DNA of 64,000 bases, taken from assembly GCA_035221665.1 (NCBI GenBank), contig CM069147.1:25358001-25422000 (forward strand), written 5' to 3'. Under the pieces are notes generated by a model. It had not been told where the DNA came from, did not search any database, and worked only from the letters and a program-made list of their open reading frames with translations. The number at the start of each line of letters is the position of its first letter. Within the stretch, counting starts at the first letter, position 1. Below are positions 49,015-61,994 of this stretch, one piece after another. This DNA is from Okamejei kenojei. Its lineage: Eukaryota. A program made the translations under genes and the position numbers.

Positions 49015-51890
49015 TTACATAGACAATAGGTGCAGGAGTAGGCCATTCGGTCCTTCGAGCCAGCACCACCATTCAATGTGATCAAGGCTGGTTATCCACA
49101 ATCAACACCCCGTTCCTGCCTTCTCCCCATATCCCTGGATTTTGCTAGTCCTAAGAGCTCTATCTAACTATTTTTTGAATGCATCCAGTGAATCGGCCAC
49201 CATTACCTTCTGAGTCAGAAAATTCCACATATTCACAGCCCTCTGGGTGAAAATTTTTTCCTCATCTCAGTTCTAAATGGTCTACCCCTTATTCCTAAAC
49301 TGTGGCCTCTGGTTCTGGACTCTCCCAACATCGGGAACATGTTTCCTGCATCTAGCGTGTCCAATCCCTTAATAATTTTACATGTTTCTATAAGATATCC
49401 TCTCATCCTTCTAAATTCAAATGAATACAAGCCCAGTCGCTCCAGTCCCGCCATCCTGGGAATTAACCTCATGAACCTAAGCTGCACTCCCTCAATAGCA
49501 AGAATGTCCTTCATCAAATTAGGTGACCAAAACTGCACACAATACTCCAGGTGTGGTCTCATCTATACAACTGCAGAAGGACCTATTTGCTCCTATACTC
49601 AACTCCTCTCGTTATGATGGCCAACAGGCCATTAACTTTCTTTGTTGCTTGCTGTACTTGCATGCTTACTTTCAGTGACTGATGTGCAAGGACACCCAGG
49701 TCTCGTTGTCCTGCCCCTTTTCCTAACCTGACAGGTTTCAGATAATAATCTGCTGTCCTGTTCTTGCCACCAGTGGATAATCTCATATTTATCCACATTA
49801 TGCTGCATTTGCCATGCACCTGCCCACTCACCCAACCTGTCCAAGTCACTCTGCAACCTCTTCACAGTTCACATTGCAACCCAGATATGTGTCATCTGCA
49901 AATTTGCTAATGTTACTTTTAATTCCTCCATCTAAATCATTAATATGTATTTAAAATAGCTGCAGTCACAGCACCAAGCCGTGCGGCTGCCCATTAGTCA
50001 CTGCTTGCCATTCTGAAAGGGACCCGTTAATCCCCTACGATTTGTTTCCTGTCTGCCAACCAATTTTCTATCCATGTCAATACCCTACACCCAATACCAT
50101 GTGTTCTAATTTTGACCACTAATCTCCTGTGTGGGACATTATCAAAGGCTTCCTGAAAGTCCAGGTACACTATATCCACTGGCTCTCCCTTGATCATTTT
50201 ACTTGTTACATCCTCAAATAATTCCAGAAGATTAGTCAAGCATGATTTCTTCTTCATAAATCCTTGCTGACTTGACTGATCCTGTTACTGCTATCCAAGT
50301 GCGTCGCAATTACATATTTAGTAATCGCCTCCAGCATATTCCCTCACCCAATGATGTCAGGCTAACTGGTCTATAATTCCCTGCTTTTTCTCTCCCTCTT
50401 TTCTGAAAATGTGGGATAATATTGGCTCCACTCCAATGCACAGGAACTGATCCAGAATCTATAGAACATTGGAAAATTATCACCAATGCTTTCTAGAGGC
50501 ACCTCCTTGCGTACCCTGGGATGCAGACCATCATGCCCTGGGGATTTATCAGCCTTCAGTCCCATTAGTCTACCCAACACCATTTCCGGACTGATGTGAA
50601 TTTCCTTCTGTTCCTCTGTCACCCTAGGTCCTCTGTCCCCTAGTATACATGGGAGATTGTTTTTGTCTTCCTTAGTGAAGACAGAACCAAAGTAACTGTT
50701 CAATTCGTCTGCCATTTTTGTTCCCATAATAAATTCACCTGTTTCTGTCTTCAAGGGACCCACATTTGTCTTAAATAATTTTTTCCTCTTCACATACCTA
50801 AACATTTTTTTTGTTGGCCTCCTTTATATTCTTGGCTAGCTTACCTTCGTACTTATCTTTTCTCTCAATATTACCTTTTTAGTTACCTTCTCTTGATCTT
50901 TAAAAGTTTCCCAATCCTTTGGTCTCCCGCTCATCTTTGCCATGTTATATATCTTCTCTTTTATTTTTATACTGTCCTTGACTTCCCTTGTCAACCACAT
51001 TTGCCTCTTACTCCCCTTAGAGTCTTTCTGCCTCTTTGGAATTAAATTATCTTGCATTTTCTGGATTATTCCCAGAAGTACCTGCCATTGGTGTTCACTC
51101 ATCATATTATGATCACTAACTCCTAATGGGTCCTTTACCTTGAGTTCCCTTATCAAATCCGGTTCATTACACAACATGATATCTAGAATTGCCTTCTCCC
51201 TGGTAGGCTCCAGTACAAGCTGCTCTAAGAATCTATCTCGGAGGCACTGTACAAACTCCATTTCTTGGGGTCCAGTACCAACCTGATTTCCCAAGTCTAC
51301 CTGCATGTTGAAATCTCCCATAACGACCGTAATATTACCTTTGTTACATGCCAATCTTAACTCATGATGTAACTTGCACCAGGAAACTATTTGGGGGCAT
51401 GTAGATAACTCCCATTAGGGTCTTTTTACCCTTACAATTTATCAGTTCTATCCACAATGACTGCATCTTCTGATTCTATCTCACCTCTCGCAAGGGACTG
51501 AATTTAATCCTTACCAACATTGCTTCTGGAACCCCCCTGCCCACCTGTTTGTCTTTTCGATAGGACATATACTCCTGAATATTCAGTTCCCAGCTCTGAT
51601 CCTCTTGCAGCCATGTCTCTGTAATTCACACAACATCATACTTACCAATTTCTAACTGAGCCTCAAGCTCATCCACTTTATTTCTTATATTTCGCGCATT
51701 CATAAATAACACTTTTAATTCAGTATTCAACTCCCCTCTCACGTCGGTTCCTATTTCACCTGACCTTGCTCTTTTACCCCTTCTTGAAATTTCCGTCCCA
51801 TTAATTTGGGTGTCTTTCGTAACTTCTCCTGTACACTTTTCCCCTTTAACTCCACCATTATACTTCTAATTTGTCACCCCCCACCTCCCC
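49015..51890 (-). mobile_element. CR1 LINE, most of ORF2 (EN+RT), decayed
   Basis: ORFs 50836-51354 (MGDFN, SDHN), 50371-50805, 50027-50257 and 49233-49865; CR1 3' UTR. Confidence 0.92.
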
Positions 51891-52437
51891 ACTCCGTGAT
51901 GGTGAGTCTGCAGGCTCCGCGACTGGAGCCCTTAGTTTGGTTCCATTTGGAGACGGCGGTGGCTCCACGATGTTAGGCCCAACGACATCGGAGACCCGAC
52001 AGGGAAAAGGTCGGGTCCCCGTACAGGGAAGAAATAAAACGCCCCCCCCCCCCCCCACATTTACACAGCTAAAAATTAATAAAAACTGGAATCAAAAATA
52101 TACATTTAACGAGACCAGAAAAAAGACAGACGGACTGCAGTCGAGCCGCTGCCGTTAGGTGCCACCACAGATGCACTGAATTTGCGTTTATTATCATTTG
52201 TACAAGTATGGCTAGGTACAGGTACTATGACAACCTTGTTTACAGCAGCACCACCGGCACCAAGAATCAGGCAGCATACTACAACATGACCTTTACATAA
52301 TTATACTTAAGTTATATGTAACTTCTGCTGGGCAATAGAAAAAATAAAGCGAAGTGGCAGAAAACAAGAAATTATTGCAAAACACACTTCAAAAAAACAA
52401 GCTCATAGTTGTGCATCGTGTTTTATCGTTGAGGTAG

Positions 52438-55400
52438 AATAGTAAGATTAAATGAGAACTTACCAGTTTGAAGTTGGATCTAAATTTTACGAGGAGTTAT
52501 GTTGGTGATTACGTGAAGAAGGCCCGCCAGGCCACATGCGCACCAAACTTCAAAGCAGCGGTATGAAATCACAAATAAACAACACCAAAGTACATAGTAA
52601 GATCAGTGACTCGAGAACTACCGTATGATCCTTTTATAAAAGAGAGTTGGGCGTGGGGGGCACGTAATCACCAACGTAACTCCTCATAAAATCAAGATCA
52701 AACTTCAAACTGGTAGGTTCTCATTTAATCTTACTATTTTACTTCGGAGTCACGTGAGTGATTCCGTGAAGAGTTCAAAGCTTTGTGATTTCATGCCGCA
52801 GGTTACAAATCTCGGCATCCCACTGCATTGATTAACTCAAAAGAGAAATAAATGCATTAGTAGTAACATTGCATTCAATGTAAAAATAGGGTTTACTTAA
52901 CAATGTAATCAAACGAGAGTACCCCTTAAATTTAGGTACTTAAAATGGCATAGGCAAACAGTCCTGTATTGACAATCGGCCGATGATAAAATTCTGAAAC
53001 ATCAGCTCATTTGCCCATCCGGCGGCCACCAAAATATGGTCGAAGGGCACATCCCTCGCCTTGGCTGCCGACGTAGCTGCTGCCCTAGTGGAATGAGATG
53101 TACACACACTGTCTAAATGATATGCTGACATTGTTACTGACCTGGTGGAATAAGATATACAATCGTCAGTGTTAATATCTGTATAACCCTGAACCTGCTG
53201 CAGCCACCATGACAAAGTCTGAACTGACCTTCCTTTGTGTAGTTGTTTGTTAACTAATAAACAATGCTGATTCCATACTTCTTAGGATTCTGGTGGCCTA
53301 GATAACATAGAAGTGAGACCGTGGGGTGTTCAAATGATCTTCAATCATGCTACCCCTATTCTACTCTGGGTGTGTATACCAGAATGTAAATGTAATGGCA
53401 CCTGCAGCCAATTCCATCCTATCTAGCCACAACGTTTGCAATGTTTTCCATCGTTGTGCTGATATAAATGTCATAACTAAGGATGTAGCTGGAACCCCTT
53501 GGTGAAGTAATGTTCACACATTTTCAATAACCAACTGCATAATATAGTAGTGGGAGAACTTGTGTCAAGATCTTTTAAAAACTCGATATTCTGGTTGGAC
53601 CTGAGAGCGTAGTTCCCTTCTGTTGCAGCTGTAGTGTCTGCAAAACTGAATTATTGTCAATACCACTTAAAATGAGCTGGAATGTCAGTAATCTGTACCG
53701 TATTAAATGTAACATTAACATTTAACAAAACACTTCTGATCCCCTCAATAGGAATGTACTGCTTTTTTGGGTGCTATCCCTGCACACTGCAGTGAGCACC
53801 TTCATGGCTTGATGTGGCAACCTGAGGAAAAAGTCAATCCATTCAAAATGTGTAGGTCAATAATTGTTTTACTGTGCAAAAGCCGGTCTCCTGAACCAGT
53901 TTGAACAGCAAGTTCTTGTTTTTTGGCATAACCGTATACCGTTGTGCCATTATACCTGATGAAGCAGGCAACATGGACGCTTGGCCAGTCCGACAGTACG
54001 AACCCAAGCGAGGTCTTGCCGACTGTTTTAAGACCCGGCTAATGAGGAAGACATAAAGACCATTCCTCGTATTGAAGCGAGAAAGTATTTCTCCGCACTG
54101 TTGTGCCACATTTTTTGCAATGAATGAAAAACATGCATTAACATGATGAATATTCGATGAAGTATTGAACCATGCTTTCATCATACTTCGAGATCCAACA
54201 CTTATTCTGTGTTATCATCAATCTGAACTGGATGAAACACCAGTGGCAACGAGATTAATTACAGGATATTTTTCCCTTGATTATCATGTGACTAACATAT
54301 GTCACCATCGTAGAGTAGCAACTTGAATTTGAGCATGTAGAATATGTACATTCGCTCAAAACCCCTTACTCATGGGTGCATCAAGTGTATATATTTAGTT
54401 GATACCAACAACTGAAGAATTGGTAACTCATGCAATCTCCACTACCTTTGAGTAGGTGATGGTATATGGAACTTCTCATCTTAGAGTTCTAAACATCAGT
54501 TCATAATAACTGAATTCAACCGACCACACTAGCGTGTTTCAAGTTCTAGTTCAATGAGTTATTGTCATGTTCAGCAATGCTGAATACTGTTACTTCATCA
54601 TTGTGGCTGAAGTAGCCTCAGCTGACAATAGCATAAGGTTGTTAGCAACAATCTAATTGCTACTTACACAATATCAGTTCCTTGATTTCCTCAGCTGCAA
54701 CACAGCTGCTATATTGCCAATTACTCTCAATGAAAATAACTCAGTTTTATAACAGATTGCTATAACTCCAATCTCTTGCCACAAGGCGGAGACAAGGCTA
54801 ATAATAATTAAAGGTAAATCCCAATGATCAACAAACAGTTTATCCCATACTGCAAAGCTTTACTGTTATAGTACAGTTATATTGTCTTTGATAACCTTTG
54901 TATTGGGACTTGTATAACATGTATCTCTTACCTTATGAATCTGTTGCAGTCAGGCATAAGTTTTTACATTCGGAAAGTTCATATGCCCGCTACTCTCCAT
55001 TCTTCATAACAACGTGCCAATCCTGCCTTATTGCATGGGTGGTTTGCATGAGAACTTCTGCCGAATTTCCAAACCCTGGCCATAATCCAAACTTACTTGG
55101 AATGCCCCGGCTGTGCCTCAACCAAATATATTTACCCTTTGTGTGTTGTACGAAAAAATGTAAATATTACAACTTGTGACCGGTGCACTACCCAAATTTT
55201 GGAAGTGCTAGACCCATTTAGTTGAGCATGATTGGAAGGTGCATGGAATTTCTGAGCTATCATGCTGCCCCCAGCTCCAGTGAGCCGCTACTGCTGATGA
55301 GCCCCTGGGGTGCATTCTGAACGATGACTTTTACCCGCCGTTGCCCGAATTAATTTGTCTGCCAGGCTTCTTCCCCTGTAGAATAGACCTACCTGAATAA

Positions 55401-56956
55401 CCGATTCAGCGGCTGGCTCTCACATCCCCCTGTTGGCGTTGTTCACTGCCGGCACATATGTGCTTGAGTCTGTTCTATTGACATCTTTAGAGCCCGGAGT
55501 CATCTTGACCTTTTGCTCTTCCCTCCTCAGAGAGGGTGATTCATAGGCAACTCTAACAGGTGCTGCCGCAGGCCATAGGATACAAATACTGATACGAACC
55601 CATTGGCCTTAATCCAATAAAATATTTTACTGGGATGCAACTTTATTGTCAGGAAAGGTACCACTGACATGTGCCCTTCATCCCTTTGGGTATGCCCCAC
55701 GGCCATACCTTGAGACTCAGTGTGAGCAGGATACTGATCCATCTTGGTCTCTGCCTCCGAGAAGGAGACCTTTGCAGCACTGTGTACAACAGTTGCAGTA
55801 TTTAGGATAGTCGTTCCAACGCACTATCCAGCCCCGGTGAGGAATTCATCCCCCGACTCTATGAGCCTTGCTCTCTAGCCCCGGTGGGCGAGCAGATATG
55901 TGTGAATTTGAGCAACCCTGTCCCAGGCCTTGCTGGCGCCGCCTTTCATTAAGGCCGGCGCTTTTTGACATGACACAGCCCTGCATCAGGCGCTGCTGGC
56001 ACGGCTCTCCCGTAGGCTGGCACTTCACACATGAAGCAGCCCTGTCAGGCACTGCTGGCATGGCTCTCCCGTAGGCCGGTAATGTCAGAAATGAAACAGC
56101 CCTGTATCAGGTGCTGCTGGCACAGCTCTCCTGTAGGCCGGCACTTTCATACATGAAGCAGCCCTGTCAGGCGCTGCTGGCGCAGCCTGTCCCATAGGCC
56201 CGCGCTATTGCTGCGTAAGCTCACTAAATCAACATTTTCAGTGTACAGCTTTACCTGTGAAGGGTAAAAATAATTCATAGCAACCTGTGCTTAAACAATT
56301 ATAACATTGTCAGAACATATAATATCTTTGTACTTTGCCTTAGCTTTTACTTAAGGAAAAAACACTATAAAATACATTATTTTTATTATAAGGAGAAACC
56401 CTTTATAGCCCGGCACACCCGAGTCCAAATAGGGCTGAATGAGTCCCACTAATTTCTTGACTGGAGACCAACGTCTGTGAGCCACTGACCCCACTGTCAT
56501 GGCTCCAGCGTTGCTTCCTTTCCGTTCCAACGGCATCCCACAGGCTGGGAGCTGCTGACCCCCCTGTCAGCGACTCTGCTTAAATTTCCTGCCGTTTGTA
56601 CGGCATTCCTGCAGGCTGGGAGCCCCTGACTTAACTGTCAGCGGCTCCTTCTCTCGCAACCCGATCAATTTTGCCGGTTTATCCGCATTTGCGGTCGGAC
56701 TGGAATTTCCCCACAGTCCATGACCGGCAACTTGTCGGGCTGCGAAACTGGCAGGAAAAACCTATGTAAAAACAGGCTATCGCCTAAAAAACCCTGGTAA
56801 GTAAAAAACCAAACTTACCTTTTAAGTTTAACTTACCACCGGCAGGAGCTCTGTCCTGCCAGACTGGTGCTTGCGCCAATGCGGCTGACGTAATGGTGCG
56901 CATGCGGCCTGGCATGCCTTCTTCACGGGATCACTCACGTGACTCCGAAGTAAAAT
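52438..56956 (-). mobile_element. Decayed DIRS (subfamily B) with both termini
   Basis: AATAGTAAGATT start, hairpin/ICR at 52438-52770, YR remnant (ORF 52940-53215, HSTRAAATS...AAGW), end CTCCGAAGTAAAAT; splits an older Rex/Babar-like fragment. Confidence 0.9.
55975..56200. repeat. Tandem repeat of about 60 bp, 4 copies, inside the DIRS
   Basis: Units of CAGCCCTG(YA)TCAGGCGCTGCTGGCACRGCTCTCCCGTAGGCCGG...ATGAAG. Confidence 0.85.
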
Positions 56957-57730
56957 TGGGATTGAGCAGACTACTTCAAGAACCTTATGGTTGTAGGAAA
57001 GTGCCTGTTCCTGGACCTGGCGGCGTGGGGTTTTAGGCCTCTGCGCTTCCTACAGGATGGTAGAGGCGTGAGATGGCATGTCCCTTATGGTTGGGAGCCT
57101 GGACGATAGATGCCACCATCTTGAGGAAATGCCTAATGTTGATGCTTTAAATGGTGAGGATGCTGGCGACGGTGAAGTACAGAGAGCTGGTTGATGACCA
57201 GTATGGATAAGATCGGACAAATAGCATGCTTTCTTTCTCGTATATTCAATTATTCTCGACACGAAGCACCAAGAAGATAAGTTATACAGTAGTAGACGGC
57301 TGAAAGCTAAACACTCATAATTTCTTAGTCACAAAATGCTAAATTAATTTAAAGAAGAAATGAATTAAACAATATGAAAACAAGCTGATCAAGGATAATT
57401 TACCAATACATTGTTCATGAGATGAGATAGGAGATTTATTTTCAATTCAGTGTTACGGAATGCACTGTCTTGAAATGCGCAGATTGTCGACTGAAACACT
57501 TATTTTAAACTTGACAAATTATATCATAGATGAAAGTAAACGTACAATTCAGTTGGAAATGATCAGTGGCAAAGACCAATGTGGCTGTCTTATATCTTGT
57601 ATTCCATTGGACGAGTATGTGTATCAATTAAAATGTTGCATTTATTTTGGTGGCGTAGTTACTGGGAGACAGCTGTCAAAGCAAAAGCTGAAATGAATTG
57701 ACGACGATGTTATGAAACACTATTTTACAG

Positions 57731-57811
57731 ACAATACATGGTCGATCTGAACGCATGGCTGAAGAAATGGATATCAATACAGGGAACATCAACCAAATTG
57801 TAAAATCGTAA
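57731..57811 (+). CDS. Exon 8: probable terminal coding exon (TIHGRSERMAEEMDINTGNINQIVKS*)
   Basis: Acceptor tattttacag; phase 0; start ACAATACAT resembles the exon 7 start ACAATGCAA; followed by non-repeat AT-rich UTR-like DNA and a poly(A) signal. Confidence 0.6.
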   Translation, partial: TIHGRSERMAEEMDINTGNINQIVKS

Positions 57812-58441
57812 TCTAATGGAAAATTCGTAGGAATATTGAGTAGTGTCAAGGCAGCCATGTTTTCCAGTGCATTTGGAATATTATTGCTGGGAGCTCTGTA
57901 TTTGGATGGGTTTTGTTCAGTTTATTTATGGATCCATGCTTTCCTTATAGATTAAAAATACGCAAATTTTGTAGTCGAATATTCTGCAAACAATATGGAT
58001 TATTTCAAACTGACTAAAAAAACGCTCTTTTGTACCCAATCGGCCCAGTGACAGTCCCAGTTATGCATTTTCCAATAGTATTCCTCTTTCAGATAATACA
58101 AATTGTCCATTAACTAACGTAATGATCTGTATGTGAACTGATGTGGAGATGTTTTTGTACTCAGAGGTCTTATCTTATCGAACAGTAGTGTTGCAAATGC
58201 CGACTAATTAAAAAATAGACTCTTCAGGTTAGACCGCTAATCAGCACGAGTAGAAGCCGGGTACATACGAAAACGGTTCTACTTTTTACTACGAGTGGGA
58301 CATGTCGGTGTTTCTTCGTCAATTGAATTATCCGCAACATGGACGTCATCTTTTTGTTATGGGTGAACATTTCCGTGCTACACCTATATATTATACCAAT
58401 ATATTGTAGTAATTATGTTTGCTGTAAATTCTCTGTGAACC

Positions 58442-58447
58442 AATAAA
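58442..58447 (+). terminator. Probable polyadenylation signal
   Basis: AATAAA followed about 20-40 nt later by a GT/T-rich tract (TGTGAGTGTTGCATTTTGTCT); repeats resume afterwards. Confidence 0.55.
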
Positions 58448-59169
58448 TTCGTTTTAATTCTTGAATGTGAGTGTTGCATTTTGTCTCTGCCTTCTTGATT
58501 CTTATATGGCTTGAATTGGAAAACTATTCTGACTATCGTCACTGTCTATTCCTCCAATAATTTGACATGCATGTAGCAGGTCGCCACTCAGCCTCATACG
58601 CTTGAGGTATACATGCGAATTCTATCAAATTTCACCCGATAACTAAAGTATTCTAATCTAAGTAACAATCTACGGAATCGCCTCTGCACTATCTCCAGCG
58701 AAAACAGACCCACCCTGTCGACCAGAATTGCACATAATGCTCCTCAATCGATGTTTTGTAGAGTTACAATCTAATGTCTGTCCCAAATCCTATGTCCCAT
58801 GCCCCGAGCTGAGAAGGCAAGCTTGCTATGCGCCTTCTTTGCAACTCTCTCCAGTTTTGGTGTGACTTTTATTGTAGTATGGACTTGGAAAACAATGTCT
58901 GTCCATTCATCAATAATCGTTTGAGCCTCTCAATCACTGTACACGTTCTTTGCTTGTGTGACTTCTTAAAAAGCACCACATCGCACTTGTCATGGATACA
59001 TTAGATCTGGTGATTCTCTGCCTAATCTTCAATTTGATCTACTCGCTACCACTGTTTGAAGCAACTCCCTTTGTTTCACCACCGATTGGCTCCACACAAA
59101 ATTGTTATACTGCATAACTTGATTTTTCGGGCAAAGATCGTGCTCTACCAATCCCAGTCTTCATGACCA

Positions 59170-59475
59170 GTAACTGCAGATGCTGGGTTACAGTGTTGGT
59201 GTAACACTGAAGGCCAGGTTGTATTTTCGGAAGACATGAAGAGGTGACTGGGTCCCTTTTTCAGACTAATTATAGTGGGGGTGTGGGTGTGGGGCGGGGT
59301 CGTTCTTCAGATTAATTTAAATGAGGGGGGTGGGGCGCGCTGAACAAGAGTTTGGAACCTTTCCCTACATCTCTTCCCTAACTTCCATTCATTACCCCAT
59401 CAGCCCTTCCATTTGAGACAGAGGATCACATGCACACCATTTAATTCCATCTACTGAATTCGCTGCCCCACAAGT
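59170..59475. mobile_element. Decayed Penelope-like element (inverted pLTR piece and GIY-YIG endonuclease remnant)
   Basis: About 59400-59466 (+) reads QPFHLRQRITCTPFNSIY*IRC; 59170-59270 resembles the opposite-orientation terminal repeat. Confidence 0.6.
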
Positions 59476-60020
59476 TTCCTTGCACGTTCCTCGTGGGTTA
59501 GCAGGTTACTTGATCACGTATTTTGTGAAATTTAGTGGTCGAATCTGAGGGAAAGTGTTAGGCCGATGAGGATTGTAGTGTTGGCTGTACTGTTGGGCGA
59601 ATAAAAATTGATTTCATGTTATGGGTGCTTGATAGTCGACATGTACAGGATGTGCGGGTGGGTAAGTTTTCGAAACGCATGTCCCCATGCGGCACGGTAC
59701 ATTATGATAGGGAAACGTTCCGAGTGTTTATTCATGACTCCTTTCACTAAACAAAACAGTCGCTAAATTGACGCTGCACTGAGAAGAGGGTGCTGTTTAT
59801 TTAAATCACATCCGTCATTCTATCACAATATGTGGCATCATTATGTCTACGTTTGTATCTATGACACCTCAGATTTGTTAAACCTATCCTTAAATGATAT
59901 TTTGCTAGGCAGCAAGTTGAAAAAATAGTTGTTACTTCTGATTGAACACTTTTGGTGCGGAATTGTTTTTCAATAGAGTTGAAGTTCAAATGCATTTATT
60001 TGCCATATGCACCGTGTATG

Positions 60021-60576
60021 AACTGAACATTGAAATTCTTACTCTGCTGCTTCACGGACACATTAGGCGCAACGGGAACAAAATTAAGCATACAATAGAT
60101 CATTTGTTATTCTTCGTAAACTGAACCATGATAGTGCAAAAGCCAAAGCAGTAGAGCTACTGGAGTAGTGGAAATTCAGTAGCAATTTGGTATTGAGGTA
60201 GGTTTGTAGGTTAGGTTATGCAGGATGGTTCAGGAATCTGATGGCCAACAGAGATAAACTGTTCCTGAGCCTGGACCATGGGCCCTCATGGTCTTCTACC
60301 TTCATCCTGATGGTGAAAATGAAACGTAAGCATGGCAATGGTGGTGTACGTCTTCGAATATGTTAGCTGTCTCTATGAAATACTGCTTCCTATCGATCTA
60401 TTCGATGTTGGGGAAGTCAGCACCCGTGAAGGACCGGGCAATATTGACCACTTTCTGCAGCATCCTTCATTCTCGAGCGTTCAAACTTTACAGTAAATGG
60501 GAGATTGAGATTGTACTAGTGTTCGGGTTACAAAAGTTATGCGTGGAACAGATAACTGTTGGGAGTCCTTTGCTTT
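60021..60576 (+). repeat. Direct repeat copy 1 (556 bp), paired with 61995-62555
   Basis: Collinear with scattered substitutions and small indels. Confidence 0.95.
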
Positions 60577-61994
60577 ATTTACATTTTTAATTTGTGTTAC
60601 ATTTTATTTATTAGAGGTAAATACATCAGTGTACATCCCGTATATATTGTTACAATCATTGTACCCCTTAATTTTAAGGCTTTTTTATAGAAAAGGAATA
60701 GAAACAGTGAAGAAAGTGAAAAGAGTTGTGAGATGTGAAAAAGCGTGCCAAAGGAAAAGAGAAAAAGAGCCCTTGGTCAGAGTTAGAGAAAGGAGATTAA
60801 GAGATAGATCCTAGAAAAGAGAGAGAGAGAGAAAAAAGAGAGAAAAGAAAAAAGTAAAAGCTAGTTACTATATTATAAACATCACGCAAAAGGAATTTAC
60901 CAACTCGATAGTTTTTCATCCCCCTTTACTAAGACCCGACGCCGGTACCTTTCTGAGGTACTCTTGCACCCTATCCTTGTAGCAAATCTATAAATGCGGA
61001 CCACGTCTGATATAAACAATCTGATTTTCCTGCCAGGCGGAGTCTCATATCTTCCAGATGTAGTGTTTCAAACATAGTTGAAATCCACATATTTACTGTT
61101 GGTATAGGAGCATTTTTCCAGAAATTTAAGATTAGCTTTTTTCCTACTATTAAGCCATATTCAAATAGATTTTTTTGAAACACAGGGCTACCTTCCGTTA
61201 GTCCAAAAAATAATCCAATTTGACTTTGGTGTCAGTTTTATTTTAAATAATTTTGTGAAGATTTCAAAGATTTCAATCCAAAATTTTTGAATTTTTGTAT
61301 AAAAGACAAATGAGTGCGCTACAGTAGCTTCTTGAGACTGGCATTTATCGCAAATAGGTGAGACTGGGAAATAGATTACTTAATTTAGTTTTTGAATAGT
61401 ATAACCTGTGTAAGATTTTAAATTGCATTAAAGTGTGTCTTACATTAATTGAACATTTATGCACATTTATTAAGTGTTCTTTCCACCTTTCTTTGGAAAT
61501 TTTTATACTTAATTCTTTTTCCCAATCTCTTCTGATGCCTTCAGTTGTTGGTATTTCAGCATTTAGAATAATATTATATATATGAGATTAGATTTGCTGA
61601 TTCAGCTTTTGTATTCATTGCTTCATCCAGTAAATCTGATGGCATATTGTGATATTCTTGTGCATATTTTTCCAGATAGTCACATATTTGGAAATATTTA
61701 AAATACTGATTGTTTCCCAAATTGTATTTTAGTTGTAATTGTTTAAATGCTAATAATTGCTGGGGAGCGTTATCCAGCAATTGAAGCATATTTCTGATAT
61801 TTACAGACCAATAGTAATACATGAAATTAGGGAGTGCTAATCCCCCTACTGCTTTGGGTTTATTCAAGTGTGATCTTTGTATTCTATGTGACTTATAATC
61901 CCAAATAAAATTTGTAATATCTGAGTCCAGTTTAAAAAAAAAACTTTTTGGGTAGGTATATTGGGATTGATTGGAAAAGGTATAACATTTGTGA
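60577..61994 (-). mobile_element. 5'-truncated L1/Tx1-clade LINE (ORF2 C-terminus and 3' UTR)
   Basis: GGLALPNF..YY (ORF 61574-62065), KILHRLY and CDKC...H zinc-knuckle remnants; T-rich tail at the left end. Confidence 0.88.

Noticed and set aside
55975-56200. CRISPR-like array
   Set aside because: Whole units repeat with no unique spacers, inside a eukaryotic retrotransposon.
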